From SAR86 cluster bacterium AG-422-E19 (lineage in GTDB: Bacteria; Pseudomonadota; Gammaproteobacteria; Magnimaribacterales; AG-339-G14), in the NCBI GenBank assembly GCA_003213595.1, contig QCMR01000001.1:262302-326301 (forward strand): DNA of 64,000 nt, in the 5' to 3' direction. The position numbers and the translations under genes were made by a program. Under the pieces are notes generated by a model, which saw only the letters and a list, made by a program, of their open reading frames with translations, was not told the origin of the DNA and made no database searches. Positions 18,073-26,727 of this stretch are shown here, piece by piece (the stretch's first letter is position 1; each line of letters opens with the position of its first letter).

Positions 18073-18681
18073 TTAAACTTCTAAAAGCAGTTTAATTTTA
18101 TTTAACAAGGTTTCCAAACCTATTTTTTTAGTTGCAGAAAACACAAGCGAGTCGACTATGGCAGGGTAAGCAGCCATTTTTTCCGATACAACCTTGAGAG
18201 CTGTTTGCGTTTCTTTATTATTGAGTTTATCGGCTTTGGTTAAAACCAAATGTATGGGTAATTTCAGTGAGTCACAAAGACTCAAAAACTCTAGGTCTTT
18301 ATTTTGAAAAGGGTGACGCATATCCATGATTAAAATTAAATCGGTCAGGGCCGCTCTTTTCTCTAAGTAACTCAAAATCAATTTGGCCCAAGAATTTTGA
18401 TCTTGCTTACTTGCTTTGGCGTAACCAAATCCTGGCAAATCAATTATTTTTTTTCCTGCATTATTTTCCAGATGAAAAAAATTGATGGACTGGGTTCTTC
18501 CCGGTGTATTGGAGGTTTTGGCAAGCTTTTTTTGGTTGGCTAGCGCATTGATCAAGGTGGACTTACCTGAATTAGATCTGCCGCAAAGAGCTATCTCATT
18601 ACCCGAATCGGAAGGAAAAAGTTTGCTCTCGGTTGCCGCACAAGCAAAGGTCAGAGGCAAAGGTTTTGACTTATAACTCAT
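18073..18681 (-). CDS. engB: Ribosome biogenesis GTP-binding protein YihA/YsxC
   Basis: GRSNSGKS, TPGRTQ, DLPGFG, TKADK. Confidence 0.96.
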   Translation of the reverse strand: MSYKSKPLPLTFACAATESKLFPSDSGNEIALCGRSNSGKSTLINALANQKKLAKTSNTPGRTQSINFFHLENNAGKKIIDLPGFGYAKASKQDQNSWAKLILSYLEKRAALTDLILIMDMRHPFQNKDLEFLSLCDSLKLPIHLVLTKADKLNNKETQTALKVVSEKMAAYPAIVDSLVFSATKKIGLETLLNKIKLLLEV

Positions 18682-18754
18682 TCTTCTAAAATCAGGAAAA
18701 ACAATATTCTATAGTATATAATTGCCAACCATTTAGCCCACTAATAAAGAATAA

Positions 18755-19396
18755 ATGATAAAAAAATTTTTACTTCTGTCTTTTTTGGTAAGTTCCTTTA
18801 GCGTTTTTGCAGCTGCTGCTGGAGAAATGGCTGAAGCTAAGTCCATGAAAAAAGGCGATGCCGAAAAAGGTTCTAAACTAGTTGGTACTTGCGTTGCTTG
18901 CCATGGGGCTGATGGCAACAGTGTAGTGGGACAGTGGCCGACATTAGCTGGGCAAAGAGAAAGTTATCTCTTTGAGCAACTTGAACACATCAGGGATGAA
19001 GAACGTGTCATCGCTGTAATGAAAGGTCTTTTAAATAATTACTCTGATGATGACTTAAGAGATATGTCTGCATTTTATGCCAGCCAAAAAACTAAGGTAA
19101 GTCAGGCAGATGAAGCAAATTTAGCCTTAGGCCAACAAATATATCGAGCAGGAAATCTAAAATCAGGAGTACCGGCATGCACCGGCTGTCATGGACCGGC
19201 AGGCAAGGGCCTAGAGTCAGCGCAATACCCAATGCTTGGTGGACAGAAGGCAGAGTATGTAGTCACAAGTTTGATTGCCTATCAAACTGGAGAGAGAGCT
19301 ATCGATGAACATGGCAAAATTATGCAAGGGATAGCTACAAGACTCACCATCGAAGAGATTAGGGCGGTCGCCAATTATGTTTCAGGCCTCTACTAA
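18755..19396 (+). CDS. Dihaem cytochrome c4
   Basis: Signal peptide; CVACH and CTGCH; WPTLAGQ and YPMLGGQ; canonical engB-divergent position. Confidence 0.93.
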   Translation: MIKKFLLLSFLVSSFSVFAAAAGEMAEAKSMKKGDAEKGSKLVGTCVACHGADGNSVVGQWPTLAGQRESYLFEQLEHIRDEERVIAVMKGLLNNYSDDDLRDMSAFYASQKTKVSQADEANLALGQQIYRAGNLKSGVPACTGCHGPAGKGLESAQYPMLGGQKAEYVVTSLIAYQTGERAIDEHGKIMQGIATRLTIEEIRAVANYVSGLY

Positions 19397-20000
19397 AAAA
19401 CTTTTACTAGTATTTATTTTCTCAATCAGCTCAGCGCTGGCTGCCGAAGATTATCAGCCTGGTAAGCACTATCAGGTTTTATCTGAACCCATTGCTACTC
19501 GAGACTCAAAAAAAATCGAAGTCATTGAATTCTTTTGGTTTGGTTGTGGACATTGTTACAGTCTAGAAAATCAACTCAATAGCTGGGAAAAGAAACTGCC
19601 TGCAGACATAGATTTTTGGCGCTCACCTATCACTTGGAATGAAATGGCTAAAACCCATGCCAAGTTATTTTATGCTGCAGAATTTTTTAAAAAGCCAGAT
19701 ATCATTGCAAGTACTTTCGTTTCCATTCATGCCAATCAGCGCATGATGACTTCCGAAAGAGAGTTGGAACCTTTCTTTGCTAGCTACGGCATAGCTCAAG
19801 ATCAATATCAATCTTTGTTCAATTCTTTTGCGATGCAAAACAAAATCCGCAGAGCCGATTCTTTTGGACTCAAATATGAAATCCGAGGAGTTCCTGCTTT
19901 TATCGTCAATGGAAAATATAAAGTATCAGCCTCAAGACAAGTTGGTACTTCCGAACTCTTGGACGTGGTCGATTACCTTATTAACTTAGAAAGGAAATAA
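19377..20000 (+). CDS. dsbA: Thiol:disulfide interchange protein DsbA
   Basis: EFFWFGCGHCY, GVPAFIVNGKY, signal peptide. Confidence 0.93.
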   Translation: MFQASTKKLLLVFIFSISSALAAEDYQPGKHYQVLSEPIATRDSKKIEVIEFFWFGCGHCYSLENQLNSWEKKLPADIDFWRSPITWNEMAKTHAKLFYAAEFFKKPDIIASTFVSIHANQRMMTSERELEPFFASYGIAQDQYQSLFNSFAMQNKIRRADSFGLKYEIRGVPAFIVNGKYKVSASRQVGTSELLDVVDYLINLERK

Positions 20001-20001
20001 C

Positions 20002-20829
20002 ATGAGATACAAATCAAACCTGTTCATTCCAGGTCATACGCTCGATCGTTTGGATCGAGGTCTTAATAGCAACGCGAGTGCTCTCATTATCGATCTTGAA
20101 GATGGTTGTCCAGAAGATAAAAAAATCGATGCACGTGAAGAATTGATTGGCCTTTTAAAAAAAGGCAATGTCTTCACCAAACCATTGTTTGTCAGAGTCA
20201 ACGATGCAATGAATGAAAATGGTAGACAGGATATTGATGCTTTATCTGATTTTGAAGAACAAATCGAAGCTATTATTCTTCCGAAGACGCAAAGCTTTGA
20301 TTTTTTAGCAACGCTTGCGCCAATGATCGCTTTTGAAAATAAACTAGTTCCTTTGATTGAGACGCCAAGAGCAGTCGATACCGTTACACAAATAGCTGCT
20401 TTTAAAGGAGTCATCGGACTATTCTTTGGAGCAGCAGATTTTTCTGCAGGTATGGGTTCTAAATTAGCATGGGAGCCGCTTTTATATGCTCGGCATAAAG
20501 TGGCTTTAGCCGCAGCTATGTACAACCTTTTTACCATCGATGCACCATTTTTCTATATTGATGACGAAGAAGGACTTAAAGAGGAAGCTGAAAAAGTGAA
20601 GAACCTTGGTTTTACTGGGAAAGCAGCGATTCATCCTTCGCAAATCGATTTCATCAATGATGCATTTGAGCCTACCAAAGAAGAAAAAGAGGAAGCCAAA
20701 AAAGTTCTTGAGGAATACCAAAAGATGGATGGTGGAGCTGTTAAAATAGATGGCAAAATGGTCGACGAGCCCATTGCAGAAGCGATGCGTTTAAAATTAT
20801 CTTTAGGAGACAAAGAAAAGGAGGACTAG
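20002..20829 (+). CDS. CitE/HpcH-family acyl-CoA lyase (citramalyl-CoA lyase/RipC-like)
   Basis: LFIPG, IIDLEDG, VRVN, LPK, LIET, FGAADF, GFTGKAAIHPSQI. Confidence 0.85.
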   Translation: MRYKSNLFIPGHTLDRLDRGLNSNASALIIDLEDGCPEDKKIDAREELIGLLKKGNVFTKPLFVRVNDAMNENGRQDIDALSDFEEQIEAIILPKTQSFDFLATLAPMIAFENKLVPLIETPRAVDTVTQIAAFKGVIGLFFGAADFSAGMGSKLAWEPLLYARHKVALAAAMYNLFTIDAPFFYIDDEEGLKEEAEKVKNLGFTGKAAIHPSQIDFINDAFEPTKEEKEEAKKVLEEYQKMDGGAVKIDGKMVDEPIAEAMRLKLSLGDKEKED

Positions 20830-20830
20830 C

Positions 20831-21349
20831 ATGTCAAAGTCCAGCAAAGATTTAGGAAACAATAGATTTAGAGAATCCTTTGGCCGTTATTTTGAAGAAT
20901 TCGAAGTAGGTCACGTATACGAACACCGTCCCGGCAGAACCATTACCGAATCGGACAATACTTGGTTCACGCTTTTGACCATGAATACTCATCCCCTTCA
21001 TTTTGACAAAGAGTACGGTAAGGCAACAGAATTTGGAAAAAATTTAGTCAACAGTACTTTCACTGTATCTGTAATGGTTGGCATGAGTGTGAGTGATATC
21101 AGCCAAAAAGCCATAGCCAATCTTGGTTGGACCGATATTGTGCTTTCTCATCCATTGTTTGTAGGCGATACTCTATATGCAGAGTCTGAAGTTTTAGAAA
21201 AGCGTCTTTCCGAATCCAGGAAAAATGCTGGCATTGTTACTGTAAAAACAATTGGTAAAAACCAAAATGGGGATGTTGTAGCTTCTTTCAAACGCTCTGC
21301 TCTAATTCCAACTAAAGGAAATGCTGTAGACGACAAGATCGATTACTAA
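20831..21349 (+). CDS. MaoC-family (R)-specific enoyl-CoA hydratase (RipB-like)
   Basis: GRYFEEFEVG, HRPGRTITESDNTWFTLLTMNTHPLHFD hydratase-2 motif, IANLGW, GDTLYAES. Confidence 0.88.
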   Translation: MSKSSKDLGNNRFRESFGRYFEEFEVGHVYEHRPGRTITESDNTWFTLLTMNTHPLHFDKEYGKATEFGKNLVNSTFTVSVMVGMSVSDISQKAIANLGWTDIVLSHPLFVGDTLYAESEVLEKRLSESRKNAGIVTVKTIGKNQNGDVVASFKRSALIPTKGNAVDDKIDY

Positions 21350-21350
21350 G

Positions 21351-22520
21351 TTGAAGCAATCTTTAAAAGGCATAAAAGTCCTCGATTTAACCCACATGTT
21401 GGCAGGTCCTTACACGACCATGATTCTGGCTGATTTGGGTGCCGAAGTTGTAAAAATCGAGCAACCAAAGACAGGAGACATTACCAGAAATCTTCTAAAA
21501 GACGATCCAAAGTATTCTTTGGATGGGATTGGCGCATATCATCTCACTTTAGGTAGAAATAAAAAAAGCGTTGAATTGGATCTTAAATCCGAAGAAGGCT
21601 TAAAACTTTTCAAAGAGTTGGCCGAAGTTGCAGATGTTGTCGTGGATAATTTCAGTCAAGGCGTAACAAAACGTTTAGGTATAGATCATCAAAGCTTGAA
21701 AGAAGTTAATCCAAAAATCATTACATGTTCAATCAGCGGCTTTGGCAATACTGAAGTAAATCGACCGGCTTACGATAATCTCATTCAAGGTTACGCTGGA
21801 GCAATGTCCATAACAGGATCAGATAAAGAAAATCCGGTTAAATCCGGTATCCCCATAGCTGACTTAGGAGCTGGACTTTATGCGGTGATTGGCATTTTAA
21901 GCGCTATACAGTCTCGAGAAAAAAACGACTCCGGCGAACATGTGGATATTTCCATGCTGGATACTCAGGTAAGTTTATTGACATACATGGCTACTATGCA
22001 TTTTCTTTCGGGCGAGAATCCTGAACCGATTGGAAATCAACATATGAATCATGTGCCGTTTAATTCTTATAGAACTTCTGATGGCTTTATCCAAATAGGA
22101 GTGGTTGCAGAAGATTTTTGGCCTAGCTTAATTGAAGCACTAGATCTGAAACAATTGGATACCGAAGAAAATAAAGTAAGAAGTGGTCGACTAAAAAATA
22201 GAGAACATATTGATCATGCTGTGCAAGCAGTCTTCATTTCAAATACTACTGAGCATTGGTTGAAAACATTACAAGAACACCGAGTTCCTTGCGGACCTAT
22301 TAATACTCTTTCCGAAACTTTCCAAGACGCTGACCTCTTAAAAAGAAATATGATTGTTGAGGTTCTTCAAGATAGTGGTGCGTCGGTAAAAATGCCTGGT
22401 AACCCAGTAAAAATTTCTAATCACGATGAAGAATTCAGACGCTCACCAAAACTCGGTGAACATACTTCTGAAATTTTTAAAGATTGGTTAGATAAAGATA
22501 TTTCAGTTGATCAAGATTAA
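21351..22520 (+). CDS. Family III CoA-transferase (CaiB/BaiF)
   Basis: VLDLTHMLAGP, LADLGAEVVKIE, RNKKS, DVVVDNF, PIAD catalytic Asp, SPKLGEHT. Confidence 0.92.
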   Translation: MKQSLKGIKVLDLTHMLAGPYTTMILADLGAEVVKIEQPKTGDITRNLLKDDPKYSLDGIGAYHLTLGRNKKSVELDLKSEEGLKLFKELAEVADVVVDNFSQGVTKRLGIDHQSLKEVNPKIITCSISGFGNTEVNRPAYDNLIQGYAGAMSITGSDKENPVKSGIPIADLGAGLYAVIGILSAIQSREKNDSGEHVDISMLDTQVSLLTYMATMHFLSGENPEPIGNQHMNHVPFNSYRTSDGFIQIGVVAEDFWPSLIEALDLKQLDTEENKVRSGRLKNREHIDHAVQAVFISNTTEHWLKTLQEHRVPCGPINTLSETFQDADLLKRNMIVEVLQDSGASVKMPGNPVKISNHDEEFRRSPKLGEHTSEIFKDWLDKDISVDQD

Positions 22521-22588
22521 GACTGCCCACTCTTTTCAGGAACAATTTAGAGGATTAAACTAAATCGAATTATTCAGGAGAGAAAAAC

Positions 22589-23641
22589 ATGGATGCGGAA
22601 AAACTCAGTCAATTAACTCAAAAAGTCATTGGTGATGCAGCAGGAGCAGTTGGGTTACTGCTGGCCTACATTGGCGATCAATCAAAAGTTTATACAACAA
22701 TGGATGAACTAGGTCCTTCAACTGTAAAAGAAATTGCAGATAAAGCAGGCCTTGATGAACGTTACTTAAGAGAATTTCTCTCTTCCAATGCTGCTAATGG
22801 CTATGTAACTTACGAACCCGCGGAGGATAAATTTTCTCTTTCGCCAGAGCAAGCAGCTGTCTTCGCAAAAGATGGTGAGCCTACCTGTTTACAAGGATAC
22901 TTCCAAGCAATTGTTGGGCAATATGCAGAACACGAAAAAGCTGTAGAAACTTTTCAATCAGGAAAAGGCAGACCATGGGGAGAACATCATCTGTGTTGTT
23001 TCTGTGGGACCGATAGATTTTTCAGACCAGGGTATGTTGGTAATTTAGTCAGCAATTGGATTCCGTCTTTATCTGGAGTTGAAGATCAGTTGAAAGCTGG
23101 TGCCAAAGTAGCAGATATCGGTTGTGGACTGGGCTCTACAACTATCATCATGGCTCAAACTTACCCCAATTCAACAATTCATGGATACGATTTTCATGGT
23201 CCTTCCATTGAAGAAGCTAGTGCAAGAGCCAAGGAACTCGGACTGACTAACATTGAGTTTCATGTATCGGATGCCAGAGAAATTCCAGATAATGGATATG
23301 ACTTTGCTTGCATTTTTGACGCTCTGCATGACATGGGTGATCCTGTTGGCGTTGCTAATCACATTAAAAATGTACTTTCCGATGATGGTACATTCATGTT
23401 GGTCGAACCCGCTGCAGCGGATAATTTAGAGGATAATTTGAATACTTTTGGCGGTTTGGCATATGGCTTTTCAACAATAGTTTGTGTTCCTACTTCTAGA
23501 GCTCAAGATGTGGGTCTCTGTTTAGGTGCACAAGCCGGCCCGAAAAGGCTTACGGATGTCTTGAATTCTGCAGGATTTAATCACGTTAGAGAGTCAGCCC
23601 GTACTGGAACAAATATGGTTTTTGAGGTTAAGCAAGCTTAA
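22589..23641 (+). CDS. Class I SAM-dependent methyltransferase with N-terminal winged helix (Rv2258c-like)
   Basis: ADKAGLDERYLREFL HTH, ADIGCGLG, FDALHDMGDP. Confidence 0.85.
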   Translation: MDAEKLSQLTQKVIGDAAGAVGLLLAYIGDQSKVYTTMDELGPSTVKEIADKAGLDERYLREFLSSNAANGYVTYEPAEDKFSLSPEQAAVFAKDGEPTCLQGYFQAIVGQYAEHEKAVETFQSGKGRPWGEHHLCCFCGTDRFFRPGYVGNLVSNWIPSLSGVEDQLKAGAKVADIGCGLGSTTIIMAQTYPNSTIHGYDFHGPSIEEASARAKELGLTNIEFHVSDAREIPDNGYDFACIFDALHDMGDPVGVANHIKNVLSDDGTFMLVEPAAADNLEDNLNTFGGLAYGFSTIVCVPTSRAQDVGLCLGAQAGPKRLTDVLNSAGFNHVRESARTGTNMVFEVKQA

Positions 23642-24963
23642 TGCCAAACGAAAATAATTTTCTTGAAAAAGCTTTGCTTGTTCAAGTTGAAACTACAAAA
23701 GTCAGGCGTATTTTAAATTTTGAAAACTCTTTTGAAGAGTTTAAAGACTTAGCCCGTTCAGCAGGGGCTAACGTATTAGGTGAAATTAAAGGCAAGCAGG
23801 AACTTGCATCTCCCAGGTATTTCATTCAAAAAGGGAAACTGGAAGAAATCAAGCAAGAAGTGCACAAAAACAAAATTGGCTTGGTTATTTTTAATCATGC
23901 TTTGTCACCATCACAAGAAAGAAATATCGAGCGCTATCTGAAGGCAAGGGTTTTGGACAGAACTGGATTGATTTTAGATATCTTTGCTAGACGTGCTTTT
24001 AGTCACATTGGAAAACTGCAAGTTGAGCTTGCTCAACTATCCCACTTATCCACCAGACTGGTTAGAGGTTGGAGTCATTTAGAAAGACAAAAAGGAGGAA
24101 TTGGCTTGCGAGGACCAGGAGAAACTCAACTGGAAACAGATAGAAGATTAATTGGTAATCGAATCAAAGCTCTTAAAAAGAAACTTACAAAAAGTCACAA
24201 TCAAAAATCTTTGAATAGATATGCAAGAAAAAAAGGCAAAAACAAAATCGTAGCATTAGTTGGCTATACCAATGCAGGCAAAACAACTCTTTTCAATGTT
24301 TTGACGGGCGGCGAAGAATATAAAGCCGATCAGCTTTTTGCAACTCTAGACTCAGTGACTAGAAAAAACCTCAGTCCAGGCAGTCGAGCAATACTTTTTA
24401 CCGATACTGTAGGTTTTATTTCAGAAATTCCCACAGAATTGATCGAATCTTTTAAAACCACACTGGACGATCTTAGATCTGCTGATTTGCTGATTCACTT
24501 AGTAGACGTAAATGATCCAGAAAAAGAGCTCAAACAAAAAGAAGTTATCAAAATTTTGAAGGATTTAAACTTAAATGATATTCCTCAACTTTTAGTTAAT
24601 AACAAGATAGACAACCTTTCTGCCGTGAAACAACAAGAATTGGAGTTTCAAAATCCCAAGGATATTTATATTTCTGCAGAAAAAAATATTGGGATTGACT
24701 CCTTGAAAGAAAAAATAATGGAACAAACCAGTAATGGGCTTTTCAAAGGCTGGGTTGCAGTTGATCATACGGCGTCTGCGACACGCGCGAAACTCTATGA
24801 AGAGGGATGCGTTAGAGATGAGATTAGTAAAGATTCAGAATGGCATCTAAAGTTGAATGTCGGCAATGATTTTCTTACAGAGTCAATTAACTCATCGGAA
24901 TTAAAAATCTTATTTGATGAAGAACAAGAAAGCTTTGAAATTGGTGAGCCAGGCAGGACTTGA
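23641..24963 (+). CDS. hflX: Ribosome rescue GTPase HflX
   Basis: LILDIFARRA, GPGETQLETDRR, GYTNAGKT, DQLFATLD, DTVGF, NKID. Confidence 0.96.
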   Translation: MPNENNFLEKALLVQVETTKVRRILNFENSFEEFKDLARSAGANVLGEIKGKQELASPRYFIQKGKLEEIKQEVHKNKIGLVIFNHALSPSQERNIERYLKARVLDRTGLILDIFARRAFSHIGKLQVELAQLSHLSTRLVRGWSHLERQKGGIGLRGPGETQLETDRRLIGNRIKALKKKLTKSHNQKSLNRYARKKGKNKIVALVGYTNAGKTTLFNVLTGGEEYKADQLFATLDSVTRKNLSPGSRAILFTDTVGFISEIPTELIESFKTTLDDLRSADLLIHLVDVNDPEKELKQKEVIKILKDLNLNDIPQLLVNNKIDNLSAVKQQELEFQNPKDIYISAEKNIGIDSLKEKIMEQTSNGLFKGWVAVDHTASATRAKLYEEGCVRDEISKDSEWHLKLNVGNDFLTESINSSELKILFDEEQESFEIGEPGRT

Positions 24964-25018
24964 ACCTGCGACCTTTTGCTCCGGAGGCAAACGTTCTGAT
25001 CCGCTGAACTACTGGCTC
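24942..25018 (-). tRNA. tRNA-Arg (anticodon CCG)
   Basis: 77-nt cloverleaf: acceptor GAGCCAG/CTGGCTC, anticodon arm TTTGC-CTCCGGA-GCAAA, T-loop TTCAAGT, encoded CCA. Confidence 0.95.
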
Positions 25019-25102
25019 AATAGTTAAAATATTTATAAATAAGCTTAAACTTTTCTTCTAGTTAGAGATAGATTTAGTTAGGTAGGGGTCTATAATCGCA
25101 CC

Positions 25103-25714
25103 ATGAAAAGATTATCAGTTGCTTTAACTTTGCTTCTTTTATCACATTTAGCAGTTTCTGCTGATATGCGTGAAGAGGCCATTCTTGATCGAGTTTCTTC
25201 TGTTGCTAGTGTTTGTCTAAAGACTGATGACTGCGGCATAGAATCTTCCGGACCTGGCTATAAAGTTGCCTTAAATAATTCTATGGCAGCTGAACCTGTT
25301 GCCACTTCCAATAAAGTAAAACTGTCTGAAGGTAGCGTTCATGAAGTTAAAATGCTCAATGCTGGAGCAGACGGCACTATGGTTTTCGAGCCTCCTGTTT
25401 TAAAGGTATCAGTTGGAGATACAATAAATTTTGTCCTCGTCGATCCTATGCATAACTCAGCTTCTTTTCCTAACATGATTCCATCTAATGCAGAAAGTTG
25501 GAACGGTACAATCAATGAAAGTATCAGTGTTACTTTAGATATTGAAGGAGTATATGTTTACAATTGTACACCTCATGCAATGATGGCAATGGTAGGTGTT
25601 ATTCAAGTAGGTGAAGCAGTCAACTTGGATGAGGTAAAATCCGCTGCAAGTCAGATAAAATCTACTTTTGTCATGAACCAAGAGAGGCTAGACGACTACT
25701 TATCAAGATTATAA
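25103..25714 (+). CDS. Pseudoazurin-type blue copper protein with N-terminal extension
   Basis: Type 1 Cu ligands in MHNS and YNCTPHAMMAMVG; VKMLN...MVFEP start of cupredoxin domain; signal peptide. Confidence 0.85.
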   Translation: MKRLSVALTLLLLSHLAVSADMREEAILDRVSSVASVCLKTDDCGIESSGPGYKVALNNSMAAEPVATSNKVKLSEGSVHEVKMLNAGADGTMVFEPPVLKVSVGDTINFVLVDPMHNSASFPNMIPSNAESWNGTINESISVTLDIEGVYVYNCTPHAMMAMVGVIQVGEAVNLDEVKSAASQIKSTFVMNQERLDDYLSRL

Positions 25715-25719
25715 TTATT

Positions 25720-26034
25720 TTGAATAAATTATTTTTTCCTTTCTTAATATTCTTTTTCCTCTCTTCATCTCTGATTTTTTCTGAAGAAAAAACATCAAGA
25801 GACGGTAAGACAGTTTACGATGCAGCCTGTGCCGTTTGTCACCAAAATGGTTTAGCTGGCGCCCCTATCTTTGGGGATAAATCATCATGGGGATATAGAG
25901 TCAATAAAAGTCTGAATGAGTTAACTTATAGTGTTAAGAATGGTCTAAGAGGAATGCCCGCGATGGGTTTATGCATGAATTGTTCTGAGCAAGAACTCGA
26001 GATGGCAGTCAGCTATATCTTAGACTCTCTATAA
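25720..26034 (+). CDS. Cytochrome c5
   Basis: CAVCH, GAP..GD...W, GMPAMGLCMNCS (axial Met plus c5 disulfide); TTG start. Confidence 0.88.
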   Translation: MNKLFFPFLIFFFLSSSLIFSEEKTSRDGKTVYDAACAVCHQNGLAGAPIFGDKSSWGYRVNKSLNELTYSVKNGLRGMPAMGLCMNCSEQELEMAVSYILDSL

Positions 26035-26727
26035 GCTCTCTATTCCTTTCTCTAAATTCCACCAAGATTCAATATCAATATCAGCTTGTCTCTTGCTTTG
26101 TGGCCATTCTGCATCGAGCAAATTTAGCCAAATAGTCTTCATCCCAAGATTCATAGCAGCCTCGACATCATTTTCAGGATGATCGCCCACATGGCAAACT
26201 TCCTCAGGTTGAAGTTGCATTATTTTTAAAGCTTCCTCAAACATCTTTGCACCGGGTTTACTATCATTCACCATTTCAGCATTTAGATAAAAATCAAACA
26301 AATGATCAATTTTTAGAGTTTCTATGCTCGCGTTTCCATTAGTCAAAACACCTAACGTATATTTATTTTTTAATGATTCAAGAACTTCTAAAGTTCCATC
26401 GAAATAGGTAATTTCATGACGAAGCTTTAAAAAAATATCGAATGCGTCTTTTGACGTTACTTTTGCATCTTCATTGGAAACACCATTTTCTATCAACAAT
26501 GTCTCAATGACTTTCATGCGTAGCTCAGATAAGCGATGTCTTAGAGAATTGTCTTTTGCAATGAGCTTTTGCCACATCTTTTGCTCCTGTTCAGTGAACA
26601 AAACTTTAGACATGTTTGGAAATTTATTGATTATCCAGTTGTTGGATTCTTTGTGTGCGTGGATGATGACTTCACGCAGCGGCCATAGCGTGTCATCAAG
26701 ATCAAAAGTTACTGCTTTAATTTTCAT
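26029..26727 (-). CDS. HAD-IA hydrolase (YigB-like)
   Basis: FDLDDTLW, LTNGN, SKP, HVGDHPENDV; canonical position after xerC. Confidence 0.88.
   Translation of the reverse strand: MKIKAVTFDLDDTLWPLREVIIHAHKESNNWIINKFPNMSKVLFTEQEQKMWQKLIAKDNSLRHRLSELRMKVIETLLIENGVSNEDAKVTSKDAFDIFLKLRHEITYFDGTLEVLESLKNKYTLGVLTNGNASIETLKIDHLFDFYLNAEMVNDSKPGAKMFEEALKIMQLQPEEVCHVGDHPENDVEAAMNLGMKTIWLNLLDAEWPQSKRQADIDIESWWNLEKGIESL

Noticed and set aside
8901-18681. Impression of more C-ending codons and higher GC in selO-polA than in 26-60 kb
   Set aside because: Spot counts on a few lines were inconsistent; needs GC3/codon-usage computation before claiming mosaic origin
20034-20537. 167-aa minus-strand ORF
   Set aside because: Antisense to the lyase in the codon-mirrored frame; Ser/Ala-rich shadow composition
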